This document shows, piece after piece, positions 46,325 to 58,094 of a stretch of DNA of 64,000 nt. Under the pieces are notes generated by a model that saw only the letters and a list, made by a program, of their open reading frames with translations, made no database searches and had not been told where the DNA came from. Origin of the DNA: Selaginella moellendorffii (lineage: Eukaryota > Plantae > Lycopodiophyta); contig NW_003314314.1 in NCBI RefSeq assembly GCF_000143415.4, positions 563,771 to 627,770 on the forward strand, written 5' to 3'. The translations under genes were made by a program, and so were the position numbers. Positions within the stretch are counted from its first letter, which is position 1. Every line of letters begins with the position of its first letter.

Positions 46325-49300
46325 TGTCGCGCATGTGACTTCGGGTATCGAAAGTTACCTGTCGACTAGTCCTTACGGACACTCTTACCTTACTGCCACG
46401 ATGGCAGGAGGTCGGTATTGCTGGACCCGTTATCAGTTTCCCACTTGAGCTAGTTGAGAAACTGGTCAATGACCGTGTACTTAGATCGGATAAACATAAG
46501 GTAGGAACCCTATGTGTTTCTTGCTGAGCATACTCGGCCTGGTTTGAGAAACTCCTGTCATTGGCTTGCACTTGCTAGTATCAAGAACCCCCGCGATATT
46601 GAGATTGGTCCCTCAATATCGCTAGATGATAGCTTACCGTGTCTGCCAAACACCCTCGCTATCATGCCCTTTGTGTTAGTCTCATTTCGGTCCCAAATGC
46701 TATTTATGGAAAGTGTCTAGATTTGCTCATTTGGCATATCTACGGAATGTAGAGATCGGCCTGAACACAATGGTGTTCGTCCCGTGTCCAAATTCGCAAT
46801 CTAAGGACATTCCATATTTAGTAAGTTTCGAGCTTGTCCCAGAAACTAACTCCTGATACTAAGGGAGGCTTGGGGTGAAAGCCCAAAGCGTGTGTTCCTC
46901 AAGGGGGGGGGGCTATGGGGGGTTCCAAATGTATAGTAGGGATAGTGGGTAGGTCGGGCATGGCCGACCAACCTGAGGCATAGTCTAGCTCCCGCTTGCG
47001 TGCCTGTCCTTGTTCTGCGTCCGGCTTGGGTCTAAGCCCAAGTTCCATTCCATGCTAGTTGGTGGAGTACCCATGTCCTCGCGTTAGGCCACCGGTATGC
47101 CGAAATAGCGCCAGACTCCGTTTGGCTCCGTTTTGCGTGCTAGTCCTAGCATTGGGATGCTGGTTACTCTAGGACTCTTCCAAGTCGCTCCGGGCTCCTG
47201 TCCCTTCGCTCCTTGGGCTTTATGCTCAGGAGTTGCTCCATGGTTCGGTTCCGTCACTCCTTGGCTCCATGCTTGGGAGTTTGGCACCGTTCCTTCGTTC
47301 AGTGGCCCAAGGCCCTGAACCTCGGGTTCCTATGGACACGTGGCATGGACACGTGGCATGTGACACGTGGCATCTGTCACGTGGCACAAAGAGGGTTTAG
47401 GTTCCGCTTCGTGGTGTTATCCTATGGTAAATCACCATAGGATAAAGGGTCAAAACCACGTGCGCTACATTTGGTATCAGAGAATGAGTCTCAGCGAGTA
47501 CTATTCAATGAGATTGGGCAACTAGTCTCGTTGCATACGCAGAGATGAAAACGATGATCCGAGTGGGTACACGTTTTGGGTGCAAAGGCTTCGCAATTGG
47601 TTCCTTGGGTATGGATATTGTTACCTTGTTGTACCTTATGATGTGAGCTTGCGCTTGGGCTCATAGGATGGTTTGGAGATGTTCCGTTTGCACGAGTTTG
47701 AGCTTGAGCTCGTGAGTGAGGCACATTAGCAACTCGAGGTTACACTTTGAGTTGGCAGGATTAATGTTAGCCTATCGTTGGTTCCATAAGTTGTTCTAGT
47801 GGTTCCATGAGTTGTTCCATGTACCATGGGTGAAAGCAAACCTCCCTGGGTTTGCTATGAGTGGCAAATAGGCTGGTCCGTAGCTGTTTAGCACGGCACT
47901 AGTGGATCCCTCCTAGGCATGATTATAATTGGATCAATCAAGACCATAGGGATTAGTCTATTGGTTCAAGTAATCATGGTCGTGCTTTCTCATAAACTTT
48001 TCTTCGATTAAACTGAAGGCAGTGCGAAAGCAAGCTTGAAGTTTGGTCAAAGATGAGACCGAAAAGAGAGTCGTCGGGGATGAAGGATCAAATACGTAAA
48101 TCATTTTCTCTTCTTGGAGAGATGATCTGCAACGAGGTGTTAACTCATTGCTTGTATTCACATCATGCAATCAAGAGTCCCTACCTTGATGCATGTTGGA
48201 AGTGATGGTCTTACAAGTGGTGAGTTATGGGATGGATAGTGGTGAAACACTAAACCATTTTGTCTAGGCTCGCTATTGAAAGACTTGGGTTGCAATGCTC
48301 AATTCTTTTCCGGGGAACCTTGCTATTGCTCCTTGAGTAGCTTGGTGTTGGATTAGTGTTGAGTTTGGTAGCAAAGAGAGTGGCATGAGCTTGTCCGTGT
48401 TGTGAACAAAAGTTAGTGGTGTTGGGTGTCGTAAACCTCTATTGGTGGAGTGTGGCATTTATGTTGCATTTGGTCGAATCGAGTTGACACTTGATACTCA
48501 CATAAACATTTGTAGTAATGACATTGGCATTGCTCGTGGTGTTGCTCAATTGATGATCAAGTCATTGTGATGCTTATATCATATCCATGTGATAAAGAGT
48601 AATGCGTTTACGAAGTTGCTTGGGTAAATGATGATCAACCCCAAAGTGGTTGATGGACAAGCTAGTCTACTTACACGAAGTAGCATTGTAGTAGCTTTGA
48701 TTGGATTCTCTATAGTGGTCCATTATGCTAAGCTTAAGTAGGTACCTTGTTTCCTTAAGTTTGCCCACTAAGGTGTTGGAAAAGGGTTGTAGCATTCATT
48801 TGCTATAGCTTGTCGGTTGATCCGTTAGCACTTGGAGTAGATTGTTGGATGGAGAAGATGTGGAGTTGGGGCATTGACGTCACTAGCACTTGTGTTAGTG
48901 AAAGTGGCATTGTTATTTCAAGTGATGAGGAATTTTCCTTGGACCTTGATTTTTCCATGTCATTTTTCTTGTTAGTGTTTTGGCTTCACATTGGATCTTG
49001 AAGATGATTGAAGAAGAGTGTTAGTGCAATGTGGATATCCGAAGATGTGGTCTTCGTGATCAAGCCTTGGATGTTCATTTTGCACTTTGCGGATGTCGGA
49101 GTTGGATGTCAGGAAAATGGGCAAAGATGTTCGATGCTTAAGCATGCTATTGGGTCATGAGAATTTGTGTTGAGGTGAATCTATGTGAAGTTGTTGGTAG
49201 GAGGAAGTTGGTTGAGTCCTGAAAGTTTGCATTCCTGGACTGAGAGTCATTCTTTCTCTAGGATGGAAAATTTTCCACAAATTTTCTTAGACTTTTCCAA

Positions 49301-52300
49301 TGGCTGATCTATTGATCACTTTGCTCGAAAACCATTCCATTTTCGAAAGCCAGTACAAACTAGTGAAGGGGTTGGAGTTGACTTCGGTTGGCTTAGATCT
49401 TAGTAGGTAGTTTGTATGATGTGACCCGAAAGGGATGCTAACTTTTGGGGCTAAAGCAATTGAGTTGGATAGAGTCTGGAGTTGGTGTAGAAAAGTGGCC
49501 GCTGCACTTTTCTAAGAAAGGTGACTCTTATGCCTTTCTTTTGTAGCATTATGCTCGGTGGCAGGTTGCACCTTGCATTTCGCTAAGACTCTATGAGAGT
49601 AGTGAGCTCTCACTGATCTTGACTTAGTCTTGGCAGCCCTGCACCTTGACTAAGGATGGTGATGTCCAACTTAGTTGTTTGAGGTTGAGATGTTGGTACC
49701 CGTACTATAGCTTTGTCTATGAGGAGGTTTTGTACCGATGTGAGTTCATCTCATGGTCTTCACTTTAGTTTCGACTGAGTGTTGATCATGCATAGCTAGC
49801 CTCTTCAAGGCATGCTCAGAGCTAGTGGCTAAATGTTTTAGTGAGTTTATTACGGTTGAGTTGGATTCGAGTGGTCATTTAGTTTGTGCTTGTCCATGAA
49901 CTTTTATCTCATGTTTGAGGTATTATGTTTATGCTAGATAAGTATATAACTTGATGACAAGAGTTGGTGTTTGAGTCTTGTGAACGCAAGTTGAGGAGTG
50001 ATTGTTAGTTGCTTTGCGACTAGTGATTACTTGTAGACTTCATCAAGGACCGTTGACACTTGCTTTGCTCGATGATGATTTAGCAGTGGTGGGCTTGCTT
50101 TACCGAATAGTGTTGCGGAGGATCGTGTCGTTAGACATACATGGGTTTTTCATGTTGGCTTGTCGACTCTACCTCTGTCGATATCATTTGGTTACGTCTA
50201 GTCCGTGGTGTTAGATTTCATTGAGTCTTGGATGTGGTGATTCACTCCTTGATGATGTGTTATCTGTCACTGAGTTTTGCTGAAGGATTGGTCTCGGATA
50301 CTAAGTATAGTATCTTCGACTTTGGTTAGCTTGGTTGCTGGAAAGCTCCGAGTGGTGATTCACTCTTGCTTCCTTCTAGCTTTGTCCTGGTGTTGATGGC
50401 ATTGAAGTGAGGCCTTGTCATTGATATTGTTGATATTGAGACTTGAGTGAAATGAAATGTCTTTCCTTAGGGTTGATATTGAGTTTCATTAGTCTTGATG
50501 AATATAGTGTTGATGATTTGGCTTTAGCTTTGTGTTGTTGGCATTCATGCGTTTGCTAGTTAGCAACTATGTTGACGTTCAAATGAACTGAGTGGCAAGT
50601 TTGAGTTAGTTGTGTTCTAAACGAGATTATTTAGTAGGGGTTGAGCTTTGAGCTTTTCCTTGAAAAGTGATTTAGTCATGGACTATGCTAACTTTACAAG
50701 AAAAAGAGTTAGTGATCAATATTGGGAAGTTTGAATCCTTATTGGGTTTGAATTCGAATATATTGATCATTGATGATTCCCCTTGTGCTTGTTATGATGT
50801 GAGTTACGTCTTGGTATAGATGGATTCATGGAGGATCGATTAGATGATCATTTGTTGAGCATAGCTCCATTGTGCTTGGCTTTTGAGTGATGCAAATCTA
50901 CTTTTCATTAGCTTTAGCATTATGAAGTTTAGCTTATGGATGTGTTGAGGAAGATATTGTGGGTTGCACCATGATTTCTTCTTTAGCATTGAAGTTAGCT
51001 TCTATGAGACTCGTGATCATTATTAAGCAAGACTTGGCTATAGGCTTCTTCGAGCTTTGGTTCTTTGAGTTTTATGCTCATTGTTCCATTTGTTAGAAGT
51101 TGTTGGGGAAGGCATTTTGGCTCATTAGCTTCGATGTTGAAGTTTGTTTTTGCATCTAGCAATCATTGGTGATAATTGACTATCATCTAAGATAGTTGAT
51201 TATCCTTGTCAAGGGTTTTGCTTGATTATTGTTGATATAGAATGATTTGCTGTTCTTCGGGATAGTCGATTCTTTCTTCGATGATGATTATGCATTTCTC
51301 TATTGATAGGATGATTGATGATCTTTTATGGTGGTTAGTTGTTCTCTTTGATGGCTTGTGGCTTTTCGCAATATCACATGTTCTTTGTGATTTGCTCTGG
51401 ATTGGTCTCTTGGGTTTGAGACATCAGTAGGATGTTGCTGACACTTGCTTAGGCAACTTGAGTTCCTTGGTATTATTGGTTGGGATCTATTCAGATTGGC
51501 TTTTGTGATAATTGGCAGGAATGAGTGTTTGTTGGTCTTACCGCATTCATTCTCTTCTGTTGATTGTTGCTCAAGTTAGTTTTGATAGATTTGGATGTTA
51601 TTTCCTTTGGGTGATACATTCGCGAGCATTTTGCTTGTCAGTCAATGATACTTTGTGTTCTTTGAGTTATCTTTCGTAAGTTGTTTGGCATTCTATCTGC
51701 AATCTTTGATAGTTACGTTTGGTCATTAAGTTTTCTTGATGATACACTTGCTATTGAATTTTGTTGGATGGTCATTCCTATGTTTTCCAATGATAGTGAT
51801 CTTGGTGGTTCTTATACTATAATACTAGTTTATCGGATGATAACTTATTTGGAATACATTTGTGTTCTCATCTAAGCTTTATTCACTGATAATTACATAT
51901 CTAAGATATCATTGTCTATGATTTTGATATTGTCCATCTATTGATCTTTGAGTTTGGGCCAGTATAGGCAGACTGGCTTCGGCACTTCGTGTGCATGTTG
52001 AAATCTCTAGTCATGGGGTAGCTACTGTCGACTGGTCACATAACCCGCCTCTCTGTCGATGTTCCTTGTTCCGTGAAAGGGCGTGACCGTGTAAACAACT
52101 CTAAACTGCCTGTTGACAGTAGTCTATCTAAACCTTACCGACGGGTTTGGTTTCTTTGCTTAGGAGGGTTGGGGCCTCTGGCTTCTCTCTCTATGTCCCT
52201 GCGGGCAGGGGCATATCACACTTTTGTAAGCTGGGTGACTCCCAGAGCAGCAAGGGTGGCTGACTCCGTTGGTCATTTCCTTGTCGGCGACGGCCGGAAG

Positions 52301-54561
52301 GTGTCTGAGCTGGTAGCGCATCCGCGTTAGACAAAGAGGTTCCCCCTAACTCATTTAAGTTGGTGCATTTCTCACATAGTGTGAGTACCGTGAACTTTTT
52401 ATGGAGTTGTTTCCTTGGCGGTATTCTAGACTGGAGTATGCATCGACGAGGACGTCGATCTTCCCAAGGGGGGGAGAGTGTCGCGCATGTGACTTCGGGT
52501 ATCGAAAGTTACCTGTCGACTAGTCCTTACGGACACTCTTACCTTACTGCCACGATGGCAGGAGGTCGGTATTGCTGGACCCGTTATCAGTTTCCCACTT
52601 GAGCTAGTTGAGAAACTGGTCAATGACCGTGTACTTAGATCGGATAAACATAAGGTAGGAACCCTATGTGTTTCTTGCTGAGCATACTCGGCCTGGTTTG
52701 AGAAACTCCTGTCATTGGCTTGCACTTGCTAGTATCAAGAACCCCCGCGATATTGAGATTGGTCCCTCAATATCGCTAGATGATAGCTTACCGTGTCTGC
52801 CAAACACCCTCGCTATCATGCCCTTTGTGTTAGTCTCATTTCGGTCCCAAATGCTATTTATGGAAAGTGTCTAGATTTGCTCATTTGGCATATCTACGGA
52901 ATGTAGAGATCGGCCTGAACACAATGGTGTTCGTCCCGTGTCCAAATTCGCAATCTAAGGACATTCCATATTTAGTAAGTTTCGAGCTTGTCCCAGAAAC
53001 TAACTCCTGATACTAAGGGAGGCTTGGGGTGAAAGCCCAAAGCGTGTGTTCCTCAAGGGGGGGGGGCTATGGGGGGTTCCAAATGTATAGTAGGGATAGT
53101 GGGTAGGTCGGGCATGGCCGACCAACCTGAGGCATAGTCTAGCTCCCGCTTGCGTGCCTGTCCTTGTTCTGCGTCCGGCTTGGGTCTAAGCCCAAGTTCC
53201 ATTCCATGCTAGTTGGTGGAGTACCCATGTCCTCGCGTTAGGCCACCGGTATGCCGAAATAGCGCCAGACTCCGTTTGGCTCCGTTTTGCGTGCTAGTCC
53301 TAGCATTGGGATGCTGGTTACTCTAGGACTCTTCCAAGTCGCTCCGGGCTCCTGTCCCTTCGCTCCTTGGGCTTTATGCTCAGGAGTTGCTCCATGGTTC
53401 GGTTCCGTCACTCCTTGGCTCCATGCTTGGGAGTTTGGCACCGTTCCTTCGTTCAGTGGCCCAATGCCCTGAACCTCGGGTTCCTATGGACACGTGGCAT
53501 GGACACGTGGCATGTGACACGTGGCATCTGTCACGTGGCACAAAGAGGGTTTAGGTTCCGCTTCGTGGTGTTATCCTATGGTAAATCACCATAGGATAAA
53601 GGGTCAAAACCACGTGCGCTACATTTGGTATCAGAGGATGAGTCTCAGCGAGTACTATTCAATGAGATTGGGCAACTAGTCTCGTTGCATACGCAGAGAT
53701 GAAAACGATGATCCGAGTGGGTACACGTTTTGGGTGCAAAGGCTTCGCAATTGGTTCCTTGGGTATGGATATTGTTACCTTGTTGTACCTTATGATGTGA
53801 GCTTGCGCTTGGGCTCATAGGATGGTTTGGAGATGTTCCGTTTGCACGAGTTTGAGCTTGAGCTCGTGAGTGAGGCACATTAGCAACTCGAGGTTACACT
53901 TTGAGTTGGCAGGATTAATGTTAGCCTATCGTTGGTTCCATAAGTTGTTCTAGTGGTTCCATGAGTTGTTCCATGTACCATGGGTGAAAGCAAACCTCCC
54001 TGGGTTTGCTATGAGTGGCAAATAGGCTGGTCCGTAGCTGTTTAGCACGGCACTAGTGGATCCCTCCTAGGCATGATTATAATTGGATCAATCAAGACCA
54101 TAGGGATTAGTCTATTGGTTCAAGTAATCATGGTCGTGCTTTCTCATAAACTTTTCTTCGATTAAACTGAAGGCAGTGCGAAAGCAAGCTTGAAGTTTGG
54201 TCAAAGATGAGACCGAAAAGAGAGTCGTCGGGGATGAAGGATCAAATACGTAAATCATTTTCTCTTCTTGGAGAGATGATCTGCAACGAGGTGTTAACTC
54301 ATTGCTTGTATTCACATCATGCAATCAAGAGTCCCTACCTTGATGCATGTTGGAAGTGATGGTCTTACAAGTGGTGAGTTATGGGATGGATAGTGGTGAA
54401 ACACTAAACCATTTTGTCTAGGCTCGCTATTGAAAGACTTGGGTTGCAATGCTCAATTCTTTTCCGGGGAACCTTGCTATTGCTCCTTGAGTAGCTTGGT
54501 GTTGGATTAGTGTTGAGTTTGGTCGGAAAGAGAGTGGCATGAGCTTGTCCGTGTTGTGAAC
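46325..54561 (+). mobile_element. Non-autonomous LARD-like element D in tandem LTR-internal-LTR-internal arrangement (LTRs 46325-47469 and 52479-53623), inserted into the RT of element B
   Basis: 1145-bp LTRs TGTCGCGCA...TGCGCTACA, almost identical (one difference noticed, CCCAAGG vs CCCAATG). PBS TGGTATCAGAG follows both LTRs; PPT AAGGGGGGGAGAG before 52479. The 5-kb G/T-rich internal region has no long ORF, and 53624-54561 repeats 47470-48407. Confidence 0.9.
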
Positions 54562-54661
54562 NNNNNNNNNNNNNNNNNNNNNNNNNNNNNNNNNNNNNNN
54601 NNNNNNNNNNNNNNNNNNNNNNNNNNNNNNNNNNNNNNNNNNNNNNNNNNNNNNNNNNNNN
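54562..54661. other. Assembly gap (100 N)
   Basis: Run of n characters. Confidence 1.
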
Positions 54662-55985
54662 GTCTTACAATGGACTCCATCATGGGATTCCCCCTAAGTG
54701 AGGGGTTTGATGCGATATTCGTGGTGGTGGACCGATTTTTGAAAATGGCACATTTCATACCTACCACAACGGAAGTGGATGAGAAAGGTGTGGCAAATTT
54801 GTTCTTTGAACAAGTGGTTCAAGTGTCGAGAAGGCCATAAGAGATTATCTCAGATCGAAATAAGATCTTCACTAATAAGTTCTAGAGAACTCTCTTGGAA
54901 CAATATTGCACCAAGTTGAAATTTAGCACAGCCTATCACCCACAGACAGATATTAGGTATTAAATCAAGTTTGATGGCACTAACACTTCTTGATAGACGG
55001 ACAAACGAAAAGGGTAAATAGGAAGCTAGAGGATTATTTGCAATGTTATATCTCTAGATGCTAAACTGATTAGGTAAGTCATTTGGGACTTGCAGAAATG
55101 TGCTATAACAACTCACCACACTCGAGTATCAGGGTGAGTCCATGGGAAGTCAGCAATGGGCGAGCTATTGAAAGTCTTGTAGAACTTGGTGTGGCCGAGT
55201 ATCATGGAAAGTTACTCACAATAGAGGCATTCATGGTGGAAAAACTTAACATTTGAAATCTAGTGAGGGATTCTTTGGAACAGGCTCAACAAAGGCAAAC
55301 CAAGTATGTGAACCAAAAGTGCTAGGATGTAAAGTTCTAACCTGGGGAGAAGATGTGGCTAAACACCAAAAACTTAAAGCTACCAAGTAGGATTAGCTGA
55401 AAGTTGACCCAAAGGTAAAAATGCATATATTTCTAGAAATGAACTAATCTTAATTTCCTTAAGTAGGTTCATAGGGCCTTACAAGATTAAGGCACGAATT
55501 GGTAAAGTGGCTTATTGCCTCTGACTCCCTCGAGAGATGGGAAAGATGCACCCTGTGTTCCATGTGAACTTACTCAAGCTGTACTTTGAGGATCCCCTTC
55601 GCAAGGACCAAGTAAGACTTTTACATAAGGTTATTCAAGGGGAAGAGGAATATAAAGTCAAGGCCATCTTCAATATGCGCAAGAGCAAGCAACAAGGATG
55701 TGAGGTAAAGGAGTTTCATGTGAAGTGGAAAGGATTTCCACATTACAAAACAACATGGGAACCGGAGGAGAACCTAGCAAATATGTAAAATCTAGTGAAG
55801 GAATTTTTGCAAGGTAAAACTTTATATACTTATGCAAAGTTCAATTAAAAAATCTATTTTAAGAAATTGAGTAATATTGTATGTTGGGACCCAAAGGCAC
55901 GCCGAAAGTAAGTTAATTAGCATAGGTTAACTAGGTCAACCAGACATAAGGAACTACGCCCAACTCCCTGCGGGGATGTCGAATC

Positions 55986-58094
55986 TGTAAACATATTCTA
56001 CGAAGGTTGGGTTTGAGTCCCAACCCTTTAGTAAAGCAAAGTTGGGTTCAAGTCCCAACCCCATACTAGGGCATAGTGAGGGGAGGGGTATAGAGTCACT
56101 TATATTCCATTGTCATGGGCTCTTGGCTGAGGAAGCTAACTTAGACATATCATTAAATGGGGGGATACCCCTAGAGACATGGTCAACAAGTCAACAACCC
56201 GTAGGATTAAAAAGAGGCATTCAATGTGGGTATCGAACTTCTTCTATAGGTGGTGGTGTTGTAAAGAACCAACTCCCCGATGTAAGTGACTAATTTTTCC
56301 ATTCTACTTTAGTCGCTTAACCGCACCTTCGACCACTTGGAGGAGTCTCATTCACAACCTCCATAAGTCCCATTTAGAACTTGGGGTTTGCTAGCCCCGC
56401 GAGTGGCATCCACGCCACTCAACTTTTGCACTTGGTCCAAGTGCTCCACGTGTCTGATCCCTTGACCGACACCCCAAGGTACCACTAACATACCAGCCCG
56501 TTACGCTAGGCCATGTCCATCCACCTTGGTCACATCGGTGGTCCAACACCACCTGCATTACAATCCCGTCTCTCAAAGACTAGGCCATCCATCCATGAGT
56601 GGCTATCCCAGATCCATTCCATAGCATCCTCAGGATGCCTGCAAACATGGGGAATAGCCTCCCCCAATGTCTCCTTTCTGGTCCCCACCAAGTCCCTTCC
56701 TGTCCATGGCCGTGTTCACTAACACTGCCGCTGGATCAAGGCCTATAGGCCCGACCACTAAGTCCAATTGTCCTCTGGGACTTCCTCACTGTGTGATTGT
56801 GTCCCTTGTCACCACACTAGAGAGCTGCTCCTCTTCCTTTCCACAGTCTGGGACTTTGGGGCAACGTTTCGGAACACTGTGGCCCTACGCGGGCCTCATG
56901 GGTACTCTCCTCGCCTTCTGCCTTTGGGTGCTCTAGCCATGGGCTTAGAGCGAGGTTTCGTTGAGCCACACTAGGTATCCAAGTAGGTAGTGCCACCCAC
57001 ACTTGGACTGGGAGCATCGGCCAGTTGATCTCCCGAGGGAACTAGAGCCGGCTCTCGAACACTTCACCAAGCTACCCCGCTTGTCAGTCCGTGTTCACTC
57101 TAGTCTTGGACTTCCCAGTGGGCAGCTCATCACCCAACACTGGGTCCGGCCTTACTGGGCCAAACTGGCCTTTCCTGGCCAAACTGGCTCCACTGCAGTC
57201 CTCCCCCTACTATACTTTTGGAGCTCACCAAACCCCCCAGGGTCTGGGAGACGAACGCTTTGGGCTTTCACCCTCTTAGACTCGAACTCGGACTCGGCCT
57301 CGGACTCGGACTCGGACTCGGACTCGGACTCGGACTCGGACTCGGACTCGGACTCGGATTCGGACTCGGACTCGGCCTCGGCCTCGGTCTCGGTCTCGGT
57401 CCTGGTTTCGGTCTCGGTCCCAGTCTCGGTCTTCGTCCCGGTCTCAACTTTAGACTCCATCTTGGGTCCATCTCAGACTCCATCTCGGACTCCATCTCGG
57501 GTCCATCTCGGGTCCACCTCGGACTCCATCTCAAACTCCACCTCGGACTCCATCTTGGACTCCATCTCGGGTCCATCTCGGGTCCCATCTCGGGTCCATC
57601 TCAGGTCCATCTCAGACTCCATCTTGGACTCCATCTCGGGTCCATCTCGGACTCCATCTCGGACTCCATCTCGGACTCCATCTCAGGTCCATCTCAGACT
57701 CCATCTCGGACTCCATCTTGGGTCCATCTCAGACTCCATCTCGGGTCCATCTCATACTCCATCTCGGCTCCATCTCGGGTCCATCTTGGACTCCATCTCG
57801 AACTCCATCTTGGGGTCCTTCTCGGACTCCACTTTGGACTCCAACTCGGGTCCATCTCGGACACTTCCACGTGTCATGTGTTGGTCCTTTTGGGGTCCCT
57901 TTTTGGAGCCTCGCTTATTGCTCTCTTTGTGCTTGTTCCTCAAGCACTGCGTTGGGAGTTCCACTCCCGCTCTCGACCTTTCAGGGTGGAACTTTTGGTC
58001 CAAACGTGTTACGCTCGTTTGGCTTTCGCTTCGGCCACCACCACGTGGCGCCCCTCCGGCTCCACTTTGGGGCCTAAGGATTTTGTGTCTCACA
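55986..58094 (-). mobile_element. Probable solo LTR (element C, about 2.1 kb) with long (GGACTC)n/(GGACTCCATCTC)n array, inserted at the PPT/3' LTR junction of element B
   Basis: Minus-strand termini TGTGAGACAC...GTTTACA. Contains the same GGTGAAAGCCCAAAGCGT...CCAAAAGTATAGTAGGG module as the B and D LTRs, plus a hexamer array at 57280-57860. No clean TSD, so boundaries are tentative. Confidence 0.65.

Noticed and set aside
46840-47075. Hammerhead or twister ribozyme in the LARD LTR (CTGATACT...GAAA; GGGTCTAAGCCC hairpin)
   Set aside because: No CUGANGA core with a closing stem III, and the twister pseudoknot partners and UAA site could not be matched by eye.
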